Shown here one piece after another: positions 36,579 through 46,359 of a stretch of 64,000 nt of DNA (positions are counted from its first letter, which is position 1; each line of letters opens with the position of its first letter). The notes beneath the pieces are model-generated. The model was not told the origin of the DNA, searched no databases, and worked only from the letters and a program-made list of their open reading frames with translations. The position numbers and the translations under genes were made by a program. Source of the stretch: Terriglobia bacterium (GTDB lineage: Bacteria > Acidobacteriota > Terriglobia > JAJPHL01 > JAPKYU01); NCBI GenBank assembly GCA_965223005.1, contig CBDCVK010000005.1, forward strand, positions 160,001 through 224,000, in the 5' to 3' direction.

Positions 36579-37462
36579 AGCGGCAAACAAGGACGGCTGT
36601 GATCGCGCTGCTTGGATGCTTGTTGGGCGCGTCCGCAGTGCCCGCCTGGACCCAGTTCGGAAAAATTCCCATCCCCGGTAGAGCCGGGAAAGTGGCACAG
36701 CAGGCCAAGACCCTGTCCGAGATGGAGATCACCACCGAACAGGAAGTGGCGATGGGCCGTGAGGTCGCAGCCAAAATGATCGCTTACTTCAAGGTGTTCG
36801 AAAACAAACAGGCCGCCGCCTACGTGCGCAAGGTGGGCCAGGCGGTCGCCCAGCAGAGCGAGCGTCAGGACGTCTCTTACCACTTCGAGGTACTCGACAC
36901 CGACGCAGTCAACGCCTTTGCTACCCCTGGCGGCTTCATCTTTGTGACCCGGGGCCTGCTGGAAAACCTCAAAACGGAAGCGGAGCTGGCCGGCGTCCTG
37001 GGGCATGAAGTGGGACACGTGGCCGGTAAACATATCGTGCGGGAAATCCAGCGAGGTAAGGCGATCAAGGTGGGCGCCGACGTCGCACAGGAATTTACCG
37101 AAGGCAGCCAGTTCCTGGAGGACTTGGCGCGGCAAATCCTGATCCGCCTGATTGACCGCGGCCTCAGCCCTAAGGATGAACACGACGCCGACCGTCGCGG
37201 AGTCAACTATGCCCACGCGGCCGGCTATAGGCCCGACGGGCTGAAAAGCTTCCTGGAAACCTTGCAGGAAGTTACCGCCCGATCAAAACCGAAGACATCG
37301 TGGCTGAACAGGACACATCCGAAGCTCAAGGACCGGATCAAGCGAGTGGAGAAACAGATCGCTAAGCAGAAATTGGAAATGGATGGCCGGCCCGACAACT
37401 TCGATCGCTACCAGACCACGATGAAGAAAGCTGCCGGCCAACTGGAGACTGCGGGCCAATAG
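36575..37462 (+). CDS. M48 family metallopeptidase (secreted)
   Basis: NAFATPGG, HEVGH, EHDAD, THP...R. Confidence 0.92.
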   Translation: MKRQTRTAVIALLGCLLGASAVPAWTQFGKIPIPGRAGKVAQQAKTLSEMEITTEQEVAMGREVAAKMIAYFKVFENKQAAAYVRKVGQAVAQQSERQDVSYHFEVLDTDAVNAFATPGGFIFVTRGLLENLKTEAELAGVLGHEVGHVAGKHIVREIQRGKAIKVGADVAQEFTEGSQFLEDLARQILIRLIDRGLSPKDEHDADRRGVNYAHAAGYRPDGLKSFLETLQEVTARSKPKTSWLNRTHPKLKDRIKRVEKQIAKQKLEMDGRPDNFDRYQTTMKKAAGQLETAGQ

Positions 37463-37478
37463 CCGGCCCGTCGCCAAG

Positions 37479-38930
37479 TCAGGCCGCAACCGGGGGCAGG
37501 CGCGCCGCCCAGGGCCGCGCCTGCTCCAACTGCGCTGCCAGGCGGAACAGCGTGGCTTCGTCCCCATAGCGACCGACGAACTGCACTCCCAGCGGCAGTC
37601 CCTCCCGATTCCAGAACAGCGGAACCGACATGGCCGGCTGTCCGGTAATGTTGGCGAGCGCCGTGAAGGGCACGAACTCCACGGCGCGCCAGAATCCCTT
37701 CAAGGGCTCCTCCGGCGTGGCATCGAAGCTGCCCAGCGGCACGGGCGCCTCGGTGAGGGCCGCGGTGAGCCAAACGTCGTAAGGTGCCAGAAACCCGGTG
37801 ATCTCGCGGGCGAAGCGCCGTAGCACCTGCCAAGCCGACAGGTAGTCAACCGCGCTGTGGCGGCGTCCCATTTCATACAACGCCCAGGTCAGCGTCTCGT
37901 ATTGGTCCGGCCTGGGTGACCGGCCAGTGACCCGCGCCGTTCCCTCAACAGTGTTTGCACACCCGGCGGCCCACAGGGTCAGGAATGCCTTCGTCAGTAA
38001 TTCCCCATCCAGTGACGGCGCCACCTCGACCAGCTCGTGGCCTAGGGCGGCACACAATTCTGCCGCGTCCTGCAACGCGCTGACGGCATCCTCGCGGAGC
38101 GGGCCTCCGATCAATGCCACCTTGGAAAACGCAATGCGGAGCCGCCCGGGGTCGGCCCTTACCTCCTGGAGGAAGGGACGGGCCGGGGCGGGTGCCCAGT
38201 AGGGGTCGCCCGCAGCTGGCCCGGAGATGGCATCCAGCAGCGCGGCGCTGTCGCGAACCGAGCGCGTGATGGCATGCTCGACGACCAGACCGCCCAGGAT
38301 GTCGCCAATATCCGGACCCAGCGGAACGCGCCCACGGGTCGGCTTCATTCCGAAGACGCCACAGCAGGCGGCGGGAATGCGGATGGAGCCACCGCCGTCA
38401 TTGGCGTGCGCCATGGGCACCATCGCCGCCGCCACCGCTGCCGCCGAGCCGCCGCTGGAGCCGCCCGGGGTCCGCGACGTGTCCCAGGGGTTGCGGGTTG
38501 GGCCAAACAAGCGAGGCTCGGTGGTAGGCAGTAGGCCGAACTCGCACGTGTTGGTCTTGCCCAGGATCATCAGGCCGGCGCCCTTCAATCGGGACACCAG
38601 CTCGCTGTCATGATCCGGAATGAAGTCTCGCAGGGCGCTCGCGCCCGAGGTCATCCGCACGCCGGCATAGGAAGCCAGCAGGTCTTTCAGCAGGAAGGGC
38701 ACGCCGGTGAATGGACCCGCAGGTGGCCCGGCGCGGGCGGAGGCGCGCGCCTGTTCGTACATCGTTGTCACCACTGCGTTTAGTGTTAGGTTCAGCCGCT
38801 CGATCCTCTCGATGGCCGCTTCCACCAGCTCGATCGGCTGCACCTCGCGGCGCCGCACCAGCTCCGCCTGCGCCGTCGCATCCAGAAGGACCGCGGCTTT
38901 CAGATTGTCCAGCTTGCTCAGCTTGCTCAT
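37479..38930 (-). CDS. Amidase signature family protein
   Basis: [30 protein letters not shown]. Confidence 0.93.
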   Translation of the reverse strand: MSKLSKLDNLKAAVLLDATAQAELVRRREVQPIELVEAAIERIERLNLTLNAVVTTMYEQARASARAGPPAGPFTGVPFLLKDLLASYAGVRMTSGASALRDFIPDHDSELVSRLKGAGLMILGKTNTCEFGLLPTTEPRLFGPTRNPWDTSRTPGGSSGGSAAAVAAAMVPMAHANDGGGSIRIPAACCGVFGMKPTRGRVPLGPDIGDILGGLVVEHAITRSVRDSAALLDAISGPAAGDPYWAPAPARPFLQEVRADPGRLRIAFSKVALIGGPLREDAVSALQDAAELCAALGHELVEVAPSLDGELLTKAFLTLWAAGCANTVEGTARVTGRSPRPDQYETLTWALYEMGRRHSAVDYLSAWQVLRRFAREITGFLAPYDVWLTAALTEAPVPLGSFDATPEEPLKGFWRAVEFVPFTALANITGQPAMSVPLFWNREGLPLGVQFVGRYGDEATLFRLAAQLEQARPWAARLPPVAA

Positions 38931-39172
38931 CCAGACCAATTCTAGCCTCCCTCTATAGAGAGGCGCTCAATTTCTCCCGGGAGGCAACGCGGGAACGCTT
39001 GCCGATCTTGCCGACATTGCCGGTCTCGCCGATCTCGCCCATCTTGCCCCTTTTTGACGGCCGATGGCGACGCGCCGTATCACTTGTTCCCCATCTCTTC
39101 TTGGCCCTGGCATGCGGGCCGGCGCTACCCCGGCCGGTCCGCACCTGACCCTAGAGATGGCGGACAACAAGA

Positions 39173-40234
39173 GTGCAGACCAAGCTGATCATCGTGGACG
39201 CGGGACACGGGCAGAGCAACCGGCGGCCGGGTGTGTTCGACCCGGGCGCAGTGCGCTACAGCCGCAACGGCCATGGCCCGGACCAAATCGCGGCGACCGA
39301 GGCCGACTTTGCGCTTCGCTACACGATCGCACTGGACGACGCGCTGCGCGCCCGCGGCTTTGCCACCCTGCTGACGCGCCCCGACAGATCCACCTCTTGC
39401 AGCCTCCGGCAGCGTGTGAGGCTGGCGCAGGAGAACCAGGCTGCACTGCTACTCAGCCTGCACCTGAACGCCGCCCCTCGCCAGCCCGCAAGCGGCCGCT
39501 CAGCGCGGGGACACGAGGTCCTCTACCGGACCCGCAACGGCCGCACCTTTGCCGAAGCCGTCTCGGCCGCTCTGGGTCGACACATTGTGTCCCACGGCCC
39601 CGGCATCGTGCGCCGCCCACGTCTCCACGTGCTGCGCTATGACCCGTCGGTGCTGGTCGCTCACCCGACCCTCTGGGACCTGCTGCTGGGCCTGCTGGAT
39701 AAGGGCGAGGTGGTGTTGAACGACAACACCCGCACCGACTTCCGCAAGACCCTGGTCTTCCTCACCGGCAATGCCGGCGGGCGCGATGTGGCCCAAGCGC
39801 TCTCGGGAGGGATCGGCTTTGCCCCCGACCGCGGCAGTGGAAGCTTCAGCCGCATAGCCGTGCGCAGCGCCGAGCGGGTGTTCTCACCGGAGTTCCGCAA
39901 CCGACTCACAGCCACTCTCGCCTACCAGCCTCTCAGCTGGGAGGAGTTGCTGCGCGTCTGCCGCCTGGAACTGGCCCGGCTGGCGGCACGCCTGCGCGCT
40001 CGCGAGCCCGATTGGGTGGCCCTGCAGTACGAGGCCGCAGCCGTGGAACAGATTGCGCGCCAGGGTTACGAGGCCAAATTCGGCGCCCGGCACATCCGGC
40101 GCGCGATCGAGCGGATGGTGGAAGAGCCGCTGGCCAACCTGCTGGCTTCGGGCGCGATCGGGCCCGAGGACTCCATCGTCATCTGCGCTGGCAGTCATCC
40201 GGTCGAGGGCCTGCGCTTTCGGAGGAAACAATGA
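39173..40234 (+). CDS. Chimeric ORF: Amidase_3-like N-terminal half fused to a ClpA/B NBD2 C-terminal half
   Basis: DAGHG, E, SLHLNA, LHVLR..PSVLV joined directly to AHP.LW.LLL.LLD.G, DFRKT..FLTGN, FSPEFRNRL, FGAR.IRR.IE. Confidence 0.75.
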   Translation: MQTKLIIVDAGHGQSNRRPGVFDPGAVRYSRNGHGPDQIAATEADFALRYTIALDDALRARGFATLLTRPDRSTSCSLRQRVRLAQENQAALLLSLHLNAAPRQPASGRSARGHEVLYRTRNGRTFAEAVSAALGRHIVSHGPGIVRRPRLHVLRYDPSVLVAHPTLWDLLLGLLDKGEVVLNDNTRTDFRKTLVFLTGNAGGRDVAQALSGGIGFAPDRGSGSFSRIAVRSAERVFSPEFRNRLTATLAYQPLSWEELLRVCRLELARLAARLRAREPDWVALQYEAAAVEQIARQGYEAKFGARHIRRAIERMVEEPLANLLASGAIGPEDSIVICAGSHPVEGLRFRRKQ

Positions 40235-40896
40235 GCGCCCTGCACCGCGCCCTGCTGGCAGGCTTGCTGCTGATCGCCTGCGCCGTGGGCCTCCAGGTGA
40301 GCTTCCTGCTGGCCCAGGCGGGAACCATCTTGAGTGACATGCACCGGCAGAGCCACCTCGCCCTGTTCAGCATCAACCAGACCCTGGAGCTGGTCCGCCA
40401 GGCGACCCGCGAGCAGCGCACCTACTACAAAGCCACCGGCAAGGCGCTGGCCCTCACCACCATCCACCTGGGTCGTCTGGTAAAGCACACCGACGCCCGG
40501 CTCGACCGCACCGAAGCCCGCCTGGCCCACCTGACGGCCAATATGGACAAGCGCTCCGAGCAAGTCAGCCAGGCTGCCAGCCGCGCTCTGGACAATTTCA
40601 GCGTGGCCGCCTTAACTCTCGCCGGCCAGACCGACACGCTGGGCCACCAGGCTAACCTGCTGCTGGCCGCCAGCCGCGGAGCGGTGGAGAACCTGGAGCG
40701 GCTGGCGGGGAGCCCGGCCCTGGTGCGCTCGACCGAGAACCTAGAGCGCTCCACCGCGCATTTGGAGAAGACCACGGCCGCCACCGCCGAGGCCGCCGGC
40801 CACGTCCGCGACATGCTCTCGCCCCGGAAAAAAAGTTTCTGGCGCCGCCTGCTCGGCCTGCTGATTCCCCGCCCCTCCATCCCGGTCGTGAAGTAA
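40231..40896 (+). CDS. Membrane-anchored coiled-coil hypothetical protein
   Basis: GGAGG RBS, ATGA overlap with the chimera, N-terminal TM, Ala-rich helical body, KKSFWRRLL tail. Confidence 0.7.
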   Translation: MSALHRALLAGLLLIACAVGLQVSFLLAQAGTILSDMHRQSHLALFSINQTLELVRQATREQRTYYKATGKALALTTIHLGRLVKHTDARLDRTEARLAHLTANMDKRSEQVSQAASRALDNFSVAALTLAGQTDTLGHQANLLLAASRGAVENLERLAGSPALVRSTENLERSTAHLEKTTAATAEAAGHVRDMLSPRKKSFWRRLLGLLIPRPSIPVVK

Positions 40897-40976
40897 CTCC
40901 GAGTGAACCGAGCAAGCTGCTCCACGCACCCATAGCCCGGGGGTGATCCGTCTGGGGAAAGACCTGTTGTGTTGGA

Positions 40977-41819
40977 TTAGCGGAGGACGTTGAGGGAGCC
41001 CTGGCGGTAGCCTTCCAGGTCCAGGGTCACGAACTGAAAGCCCAGCTCTTTGAAGATGCGGGTGAACTCGCGGGCCATTGCCGGGGTGAGCGCGCGGGGC
41101 AACTCCTCTTCGGCAATCTCCAGCCGCACCATTTCGTCATGGAAGCGGACACGATACTGCCGGAATCCCAACGCGCGAAGCGCCTCTTCGCCGGCCTCCA
41201 CGCGGCTCAGGTTTTCCCGAGTTACCGGCGTGCCATAAGGGATGCGGGAAGACAGGCAGGCTGAGGCGGGGCGGTCCCAGGTGGGAAGTCCGGCGCGCTG
41301 CGACAACTCGCGGATCTCGGCCTTGCTGAGTCCGGCGTCCAGCAGCGGCGAGAGCACGCTGTGCTTTTGGGCCGCGCCATGGCCGGGCCGGAAGTCTCCG
41401 GTGTCGTCCTTGTTGATTCCGTAGCAGACAGAAGCAAACCCGCGCTCGGCGGCGATTTCGCCCAGGCAGGTGAACAGCTCGTCCTTGCAGTGGAAGCAGC
41501 GGTTGGCATCGTTTCGGACGTAGAGGGGGTTGTCGAACTCCTCGGTGGCAACCACCTCGTGGCGGATGCCGAAGCGCTGGGCGAACTCCACAGCATCCTG
41601 GAGGTGGCTGCGGGGCATGCTCGGGCTGTCGGCGGTGACTGCCAGCGCGCTGTTGCCGACGGCCTGGCGGGCGGCCCAAGCCAGGTAGGCGGAGTCGGTA
41701 CCACCGGAGAAAGCCACAATCGTGGACTGGAGCACCCGCAACGATTCCAAAAGCGCCCGCTGCTTGGTCAATAGCGCCTGCTGCTTGGTCTCCAGTTCCG
41801 TCTGCGCCACCTGACTCAT
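40977..41819 (-). CDS. larE: ATP-dependent sacrificial sulfur transferase
   Basis: PP-loop AFSGGTDS, RCFHCK, DFRPG, ACLSSRIPYG, GYRQGSLN. Confidence 0.92.
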   Translation of the reverse strand: MSQVAQTELETKQQALLTKQRALLESLRVLQSTIVAFSGGTDSAYLAWAARQAVGNSALAVTADSPSMPRSHLQDAVEFAQRFGIRHEVVATEEFDNPLYVRNDANRCFHCKDELFTCLGEIAAERGFASVCYGINKDDTGDFRPGHGAAQKHSVLSPLLDAGLSKAEIRELSQRAGLPTWDRPASACLSSRIPYGTPVTRENLSRVEAGEEALRALGFRQYRVRFHDEMVRLEIAEEELPRALTPAMAREFTRIFKELGFQFVTLDLEGYRQGSLNVLR

Positions 41820-41981
41820 CCACGCCATTATACCCGACCGCAGCCCGAAAAACCGTAAGAAGCCATTCGCGCAGCGCCCGCCGGCCGGAGCAGAGTTGGC
41901 GGACACTGGCGGCACGGATCGCGAAGCGCCTCACTCAGGAAAGACCGCTCTCAGCGGCCTGCGGCAAAGTATACTTCGGCT

Positions 41982-43010
41982 ATGAAAGGCCGGGTCGCCT
42001 CCTACATTCTCTTGGGTGCCCTGGGACTGCTGTCGGCCGCGATGCTGCTGCCGCTGTTCATCCCGGTGATGGTGGCCATCATCCTGGGCTACCTGCTGTT
42101 GCCGGTGTACGACCGTATGGCATGGGCCCTCCGTTCTGCCGACCTGCGCGCGGCCTTGCTGGTGCTGCTGGTGCTGTTTGTAGTGGCGCTCCCCGTACTC
42201 CTGATCGTGATGCAGGTGGTCGAGGAGATTCCCGGCGCGCTCCGCTCAGCCGACCTGAGCCAGGCGGTGGAGAAAGTAAACCAATGGCTGGACGCCATGC
42301 TGGGCCGCCACATTCCTATCAGCGAGAACTTGACCACTTATATTGGGCGTGTGCGGGATGCAACCCTACGCGTTGCTCCCAGCATCATCGGAGCCATTGG
42401 CAACACTGCCCTGGGACTGTTCGTCTTGCTCTACACCCTCTACTACGTGCTGCGGGATGGCCGCCTGTTCTGGCAGAACTTCCTGCTGATCCTGCCGCTG
42501 GAAGATGAAGTGAAGCCGTTGCTGACGATGAACCTGAAGCAGACCCTCGGCGCCGTGATCTACGGGCAGTTCATCACCGCTTTCGTCCAGGGCTCGCTGG
42601 CCGGGATCGGCTACGTAGTTTTCCACGTTCCCCATGCCCTGCTCTGGACCCTCGTCACCATAACGGCAGCCATGGTTCCGGTCGTCGGCGCCACTGCGGT
42701 CTGGTTGCCGCTGGCCATCTCGCGGCTGGCGGTGGGGGACAAGTTCGGCGGGATTGGGCTGCTGATCTACGGCGGCGTGCTGGTCATGAATATTGACAAC
42801 GTCCTGAAGCCGCGGCTGATTGCCGGCCGCGCGCAACTCCATCCTCTGGTCGCGCTGCTGGGAGTGGTCGGCGGCATCTACGTGTTTGGGGTCATCGGCT
42901 TCGTGCTCGGTCCGGTGTTGCTGGGCCTGGTGGTGGCCATGCTCAAATCTCACCGCGACGTGGCCCTTCAGCAGGCCGTGGTGGTTGCCGACGGTTCCCC
43001 TAGCCCATAA
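41982..43010 (+). CDS. AI-2E family transporter
   Basis: Multi-TM; PVVGA..VW.P, DNVLKP, LHP...GG...FG..G..LGP. Confidence 0.9.
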   Translation: MKGRVASYILLGALGLLSAAMLLPLFIPVMVAIILGYLLLPVYDRMAWALRSADLRAALLVLLVLFVVALPVLLIVMQVVEEIPGALRSADLSQAVEKVNQWLDAMLGRHIPISENLTTYIGRVRDATLRVAPSIIGAIGNTALGLFVLLYTLYYVLRDGRLFWQNFLLILPLEDEVKPLLTMNLKQTLGAVIYGQFITAFVQGSLAGIGYVVFHVPHALLWTLVTITAAMVPVVGATAVWLPLAISRLAVGDKFGGIGLLIYGGVLVMNIDNVLKPRLIAGRAQLHPLVALLGVVGGIYVFGVIGFVLGPVLLGLVVAMLKSHRDVALQQAVVVADGSPSP

Positions 43011-43048
43011 GACAGCCAGCTCTCTTGCAGTTATAACCATACCACTTG

Positions 43049-44179
43049 TCATATGGTTAGGGATATGTATGAAACTGTTACTTTAGAACGCCGGGGCCGG
43101 AGCCGCTCCGGCGGGGCGGACGATGGAGGAGCCGGTGGAGGGGGCAGAAGGGCGCCCAGCGCCGGATAGCGTGCGCCAAAGAAATGCAACCTGTATGACT
43201 GAAAAAAGAACATCGCCGGCGCGGAGACGAAAGCGATGACGTAGATGACAGCTGACAGGGCAACGGCAAACAACACGATTGCCGCTCCGACGGTGTACAC
43301 GGTCCAGGAGAGCCCCGCCGCCTTCCCGGCCAGAACGAGGACAACGCTGACGATTCCCAAAGGAATGAACAGCGCCAGCAAGACGAAGAGGTTGACGATT
43401 CCGAACAGCATGCTGCTGCCTAGCGCCAGTACGATCTTCATCAGCACGTACCCTGCATAGGCTGTCTTCTCGGCTCCCAGCATGGGAAGCAATCGCCGCC
43501 AGGCATCCAGCACCCCCAGCTCCTCCAGGGCCATCAACGGAACAACGAAGTCCTTAGCGAACACAGCCACCAGCGCTCCGAGCAGGAAAAACACCAAGAG
43601 CAAGAAGAACAGCGCCACGCCTCCGCCTACTAGCAGGCCGATATGCTCGTTGGGTTGGCGGAAGACCCCCGCCTGCCAGGCCAGATAGATCGGCCCGCCG
43701 ACAAGCAGGGCCAAACCAGCCAGCATCGCCAGGCCGAAGCCAATCACCCAGAGAAAGAAGCTGCTTCCCTGCTGCTGCCAGCGGCGCCAGCCCTCGCCCA
43801 GCTCGCAGCGGTCCCGGAGCACAGCATCAAGCAGGATGAAACGGAAGACGCAGGAAATATAAACCGCGATGAGCCCCAAGATCACCAACGCCACCACTCC
43901 CGCCAGGATCCAGGGGAGATATTCCTGCATGCGCTGCCAGACCGGATTGGGTGGCACTAGCAGTTCGAAGCCTATCTCACCGCTCTCCTCCTCCTGCTGC
44001 GAGGGAATGTTGATGCCGCTCGCTCCACCACCCCAGCCCCCGCCAGCAAACTCCCCAGTCACCAACGACACCATACCCAGACGCGCCCAGAAGGCGAAGC
44101 GAAAGGGCTGGAACAGCTGGCGCCGCGTCTGCTCAAAAGCTGGTGAGATTGCTCCGACGGCGGACAAAGGTGGCGGCAT
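43049..44179 (-). CDS. Hypothetical integral membrane protein
   Basis: About 6 TM helices, ATG at 44179, Pro-rich tail. Confidence 0.75.
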   Translation of the reverse strand: MPPPLSAVGAISPAFEQTRRQLFQPFRFAFWARLGMVSLVTGEFAGGGWGGGASGINIPSQQEEESGEIGFELLVPPNPVWQRMQEYLPWILAGVVALVILGLIAVYISCVFRFILLDAVLRDRCELGEGWRRWQQQGSSFFLWVIGFGLAMLAGLALLVGGPIYLAWQAGVFRQPNEHIGLLVGGGVALFFLLLVFFLLGALVAVFAKDFVVPLMALEELGVLDAWRRLLPMLGAEKTAYAGYVLMKIVLALGSSMLFGIVNLFVLLALFIPLGIVSVVLVLAGKAAGLSWTVYTVGAAIVLFAVALSAVIYVIAFVSAPAMFFFQSYRLHFFGARYPALGALLPPPPAPPSSAPPERLRPRRSKVTVSYISLTI

Positions 44180-44264
44180 GTTTCCGTAACTCCGTTGGGC
44201 GTAGTCTATTCCTGCGCAGCGGAAGCTTTCAATTGCAAAAACCTTGCGCCAGGAACGACCAAAC

Positions 44265-44372
44265 AGATCCCTCGCTTCGCTTGGGATGATATGAGCGGGA
44301 TGGCGTGAGCGGGACGCCATGGCAGAGGTGCCCGGTAAAAATTCTTTGTGTCTTGGTAGCTTGGTGGTGAAA
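44265..44372. repeat. Short intergenic REP-like motifs
   Basis: AGATCCCTCGCTTCGCTTGGGATGA hairpin (44265-44289) and an 8-nt-periodic CTTTGTGT-CTTGGTAG-CTTGGTGG run (~44344-44367). Confidence 0.5.
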
Positions 44373-44384
44373 TAGGGAACAGGC

Positions 44385-46346
44385 ATGGGCAAGATCCGCA
44401 TTCTTCCCGACAGCGTGGCCAACAAGATCGCAGCAGGGGAGGTGGTGGAGCGCCCCGCGTCGGCGGTCAAGGAACTGGTGGAGAACGCGCTGGATGCCGG
44501 GGCCAGCCGCGTCCGCGTCGAGGTGGAGGCTGGTGGCAGGAGGCTGGTGCGGGTGGCCGACGACGGCTGCGGGATGCTGCGCGACGACGCTCTGCTGGCC
44601 TTCGAGCGGCACGCCACCAGCAAGCTGCGCAGCGCCGATGACCTGCTATCGGTGGCCACGCTGGGCTTCCGCGGCGAGGCGCTGCCCTCCATCGCCGCTG
44701 TCTCGCGGCTGGTGCTGGAGACCCGCCCGGCCGAGGGTCCCTCGGGAACGCGCTTGGAGGTTCACGGCGGGCGCCTGCGCGACGTACGCGACGCCGGCCT
44801 GCCGGTCGGCACCTGCATCACCGTCCGCGACCTGTTTTACAACATCCCCGCCCGCCGCAAATTCCTCCGCAAAGAGGCCACCGAACTGGGGCACGTGGCC
44901 TCGCTGGTGACTCACTACGCCCTGGCCCACCCCGAGCGGCACCTGACGCTGTCGTCCAGCAGCGGCGAACTGTTGAACGTTACGCCGGTCCAGACGCAGC
45001 GCGAACGCGTGTTCCAGGTCTTTGGAGCCGACATGCTGGATCAATTGGTTGAGCTGGGCACCATCGAGACCGAACTGGTGCTGCCCGCACCTGCCTCGGT
45101 GCTACCGGGATTCACTCCCGAACACCCGCCGCCAGCCGACTCCGACCGAGAACGTCAAAGCACCGTCAAGACGCTTCGCCTGAGCGGGTTTGTCTCCCGG
45201 CCGCAAGTGCAGAAAGCCAACCGCAACTCCATCTTTATTTTCGTCAACCGCCGGCTGATCCGGGATCGAGTGCTGCTGCGCGCGCTCAGCGAAGCATACC
45301 GAAACCTGATCCCGCCAGCGGCATTCCCCCTGGCGCTGCTGTTCCTGGAGGTCCCGTTCGACGAAGTGGACGTCAACGTGCATCCTGCCAAGATCGAGGT
45401 GCGCTTCCGCCACCACGGGTTCGTGCACGATTTCGTGCGCGACTCAGTGCGGCGGCGGCTGGCCGAGACGCGCCCCGTCTCTACCTTTCCAGTGAGTTCG
45501 CCTCCCGCGCTGGAACCGCGGCCGGTGCTGGCAGGCCCCCCCATCCAGCCCTCGGGCCAGCCCTTCGGCCCCGCCCCGTCCGGTGATTTCCGCCTGACGG
45601 CACCGCAGCCGGAGCCGGAGGCGCGTCGTCTCCCATTTGCCACTGTGACGCCTTTCGAGGTGCGGGCGTCAACAGCGGAGCCTCGACCGTCAGGGAGCGG
45701 GCCCGGCGCGGCAACATCGACGGGCACGTCATCCGCTGAGGCACCAGCCGAGCCGACGGCCACCGATGAGCTGGCCGGGTTGCGCCCCCTGGGCCAGCTT
45801 CAGCAGAGCTTTATCGTAGCCGCCAGCGATGAGGGTTTGTGGATTGTTGACCAACACGTGGCCCATGAGCGAGTGCTGTTTGAGAAAACGGTTCGCGACC
45901 GGGCCGCCGGCCGCCGGCAGGTTCAGCAGTTGCTGATGCCCCTGGTCCTACAGCTCACCCCCGCTCAGCAGGCCACCCTGGAGCAGATCGGCAAGGAACT
46001 GGACGCCAACGGCTTCGAGATCGAACCGTTCGGGCAGCGCACGGTGGCGGTGAAAGCGGCGCCGGCGGGCATCCCCGCCCAGCAGATCGAGGTGATGCTG
46101 CGCGACCTGCTGGACGGGCAGGAGGTCTCCCACCTGAGCCCGCTCGAGGATGCACGCGGACGCGTGGCCGCTTCCATCGCTTGCCACGCCGCCATCAAGA
46201 TCAACACGCCGCTGGACCAGGCCAAGGTGCAGTGGCTGCTCGACGCGCTGGCGCGCACCGAAGCCCCAATGAGCTGCCCGCACGGCCGGCCGGTGGTGCT
46301 GAAATATTCGCTGCGCGAAATCCTGAAGGCCTTCCACCGGCTCTAG
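44385..46346 (+). CDS. mutL: DNA mismatch repair protein MutL
   Basis: IAAGEVVERP, KELVENALDA, GFRGEAL, endonuclease DQHVAHER, CPHGRP. Confidence 0.97.
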   Translation: MGKIRILPDSVANKIAAGEVVERPASAVKELVENALDAGASRVRVEVEAGGRRLVRVADDGCGMLRDDALLAFERHATSKLRSADDLLSVATLGFRGEALPSIAAVSRLVLETRPAEGPSGTRLEVHGGRLRDVRDAGLPVGTCITVRDLFYNIPARRKFLRKEATELGHVASLVTHYALAHPERHLTLSSSSGELLNVTPVQTQRERVFQVFGADMLDQLVELGTIETELVLPAPASVLPGFTPEHPPPADSDRERQSTVKTLRLSGFVSRPQVQKANRNSIFIFVNRRLIRDRVLLRALSEAYRNLIPPAAFPLALLFLEVPFDEVDVNVHPAKIEVRFRHHGFVHDFVRDSVRRRLAETRPVSTFPVSSPPALEPRPVLAGPPIQPSGQPFGPAPSGDFRLTAPQPEPEARRLPFATVTPFEVRASTAEPRPSGSGPGAATSTGTSSAEAPAEPTATDELAGLRPLGQLQQSFIVAASDEGLWIVDQHVAHERVLFEKTVRDRAAGRRQVQQLLMPLVLQLTPAQQATLEQIGKELDANGFEIEPFGQRTVAVKAAPAGIPAQQIEVMLRDLLDGQEVSHLSPLEDARGRVAASIACHAAIKINTPLDQAKVQWLLDALARTEAPMSCPHGRPVVLKYSLREILKAFHRL

Positions 46347-46359
46347 CGCTTCCTACCAT

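Noticed and set aside
35633-37216. Long antisense or alternate-frame ORFs (this one, plus 48140-49600, 14930-15829, 24901-26112, 18420-19586 and others)
   Set aside because: They are shadows of well-supported genes, as expected from high-GC codon bias, and carry no motifs.
38953-39144. Collagen-like Gly-X-Y mini-ORF (GKMGEIGETGNVGKIGK)
   Set aside because: Only about 6 triplets, no RBS or signal peptide; better explained by a 9-nt DNA repeat.
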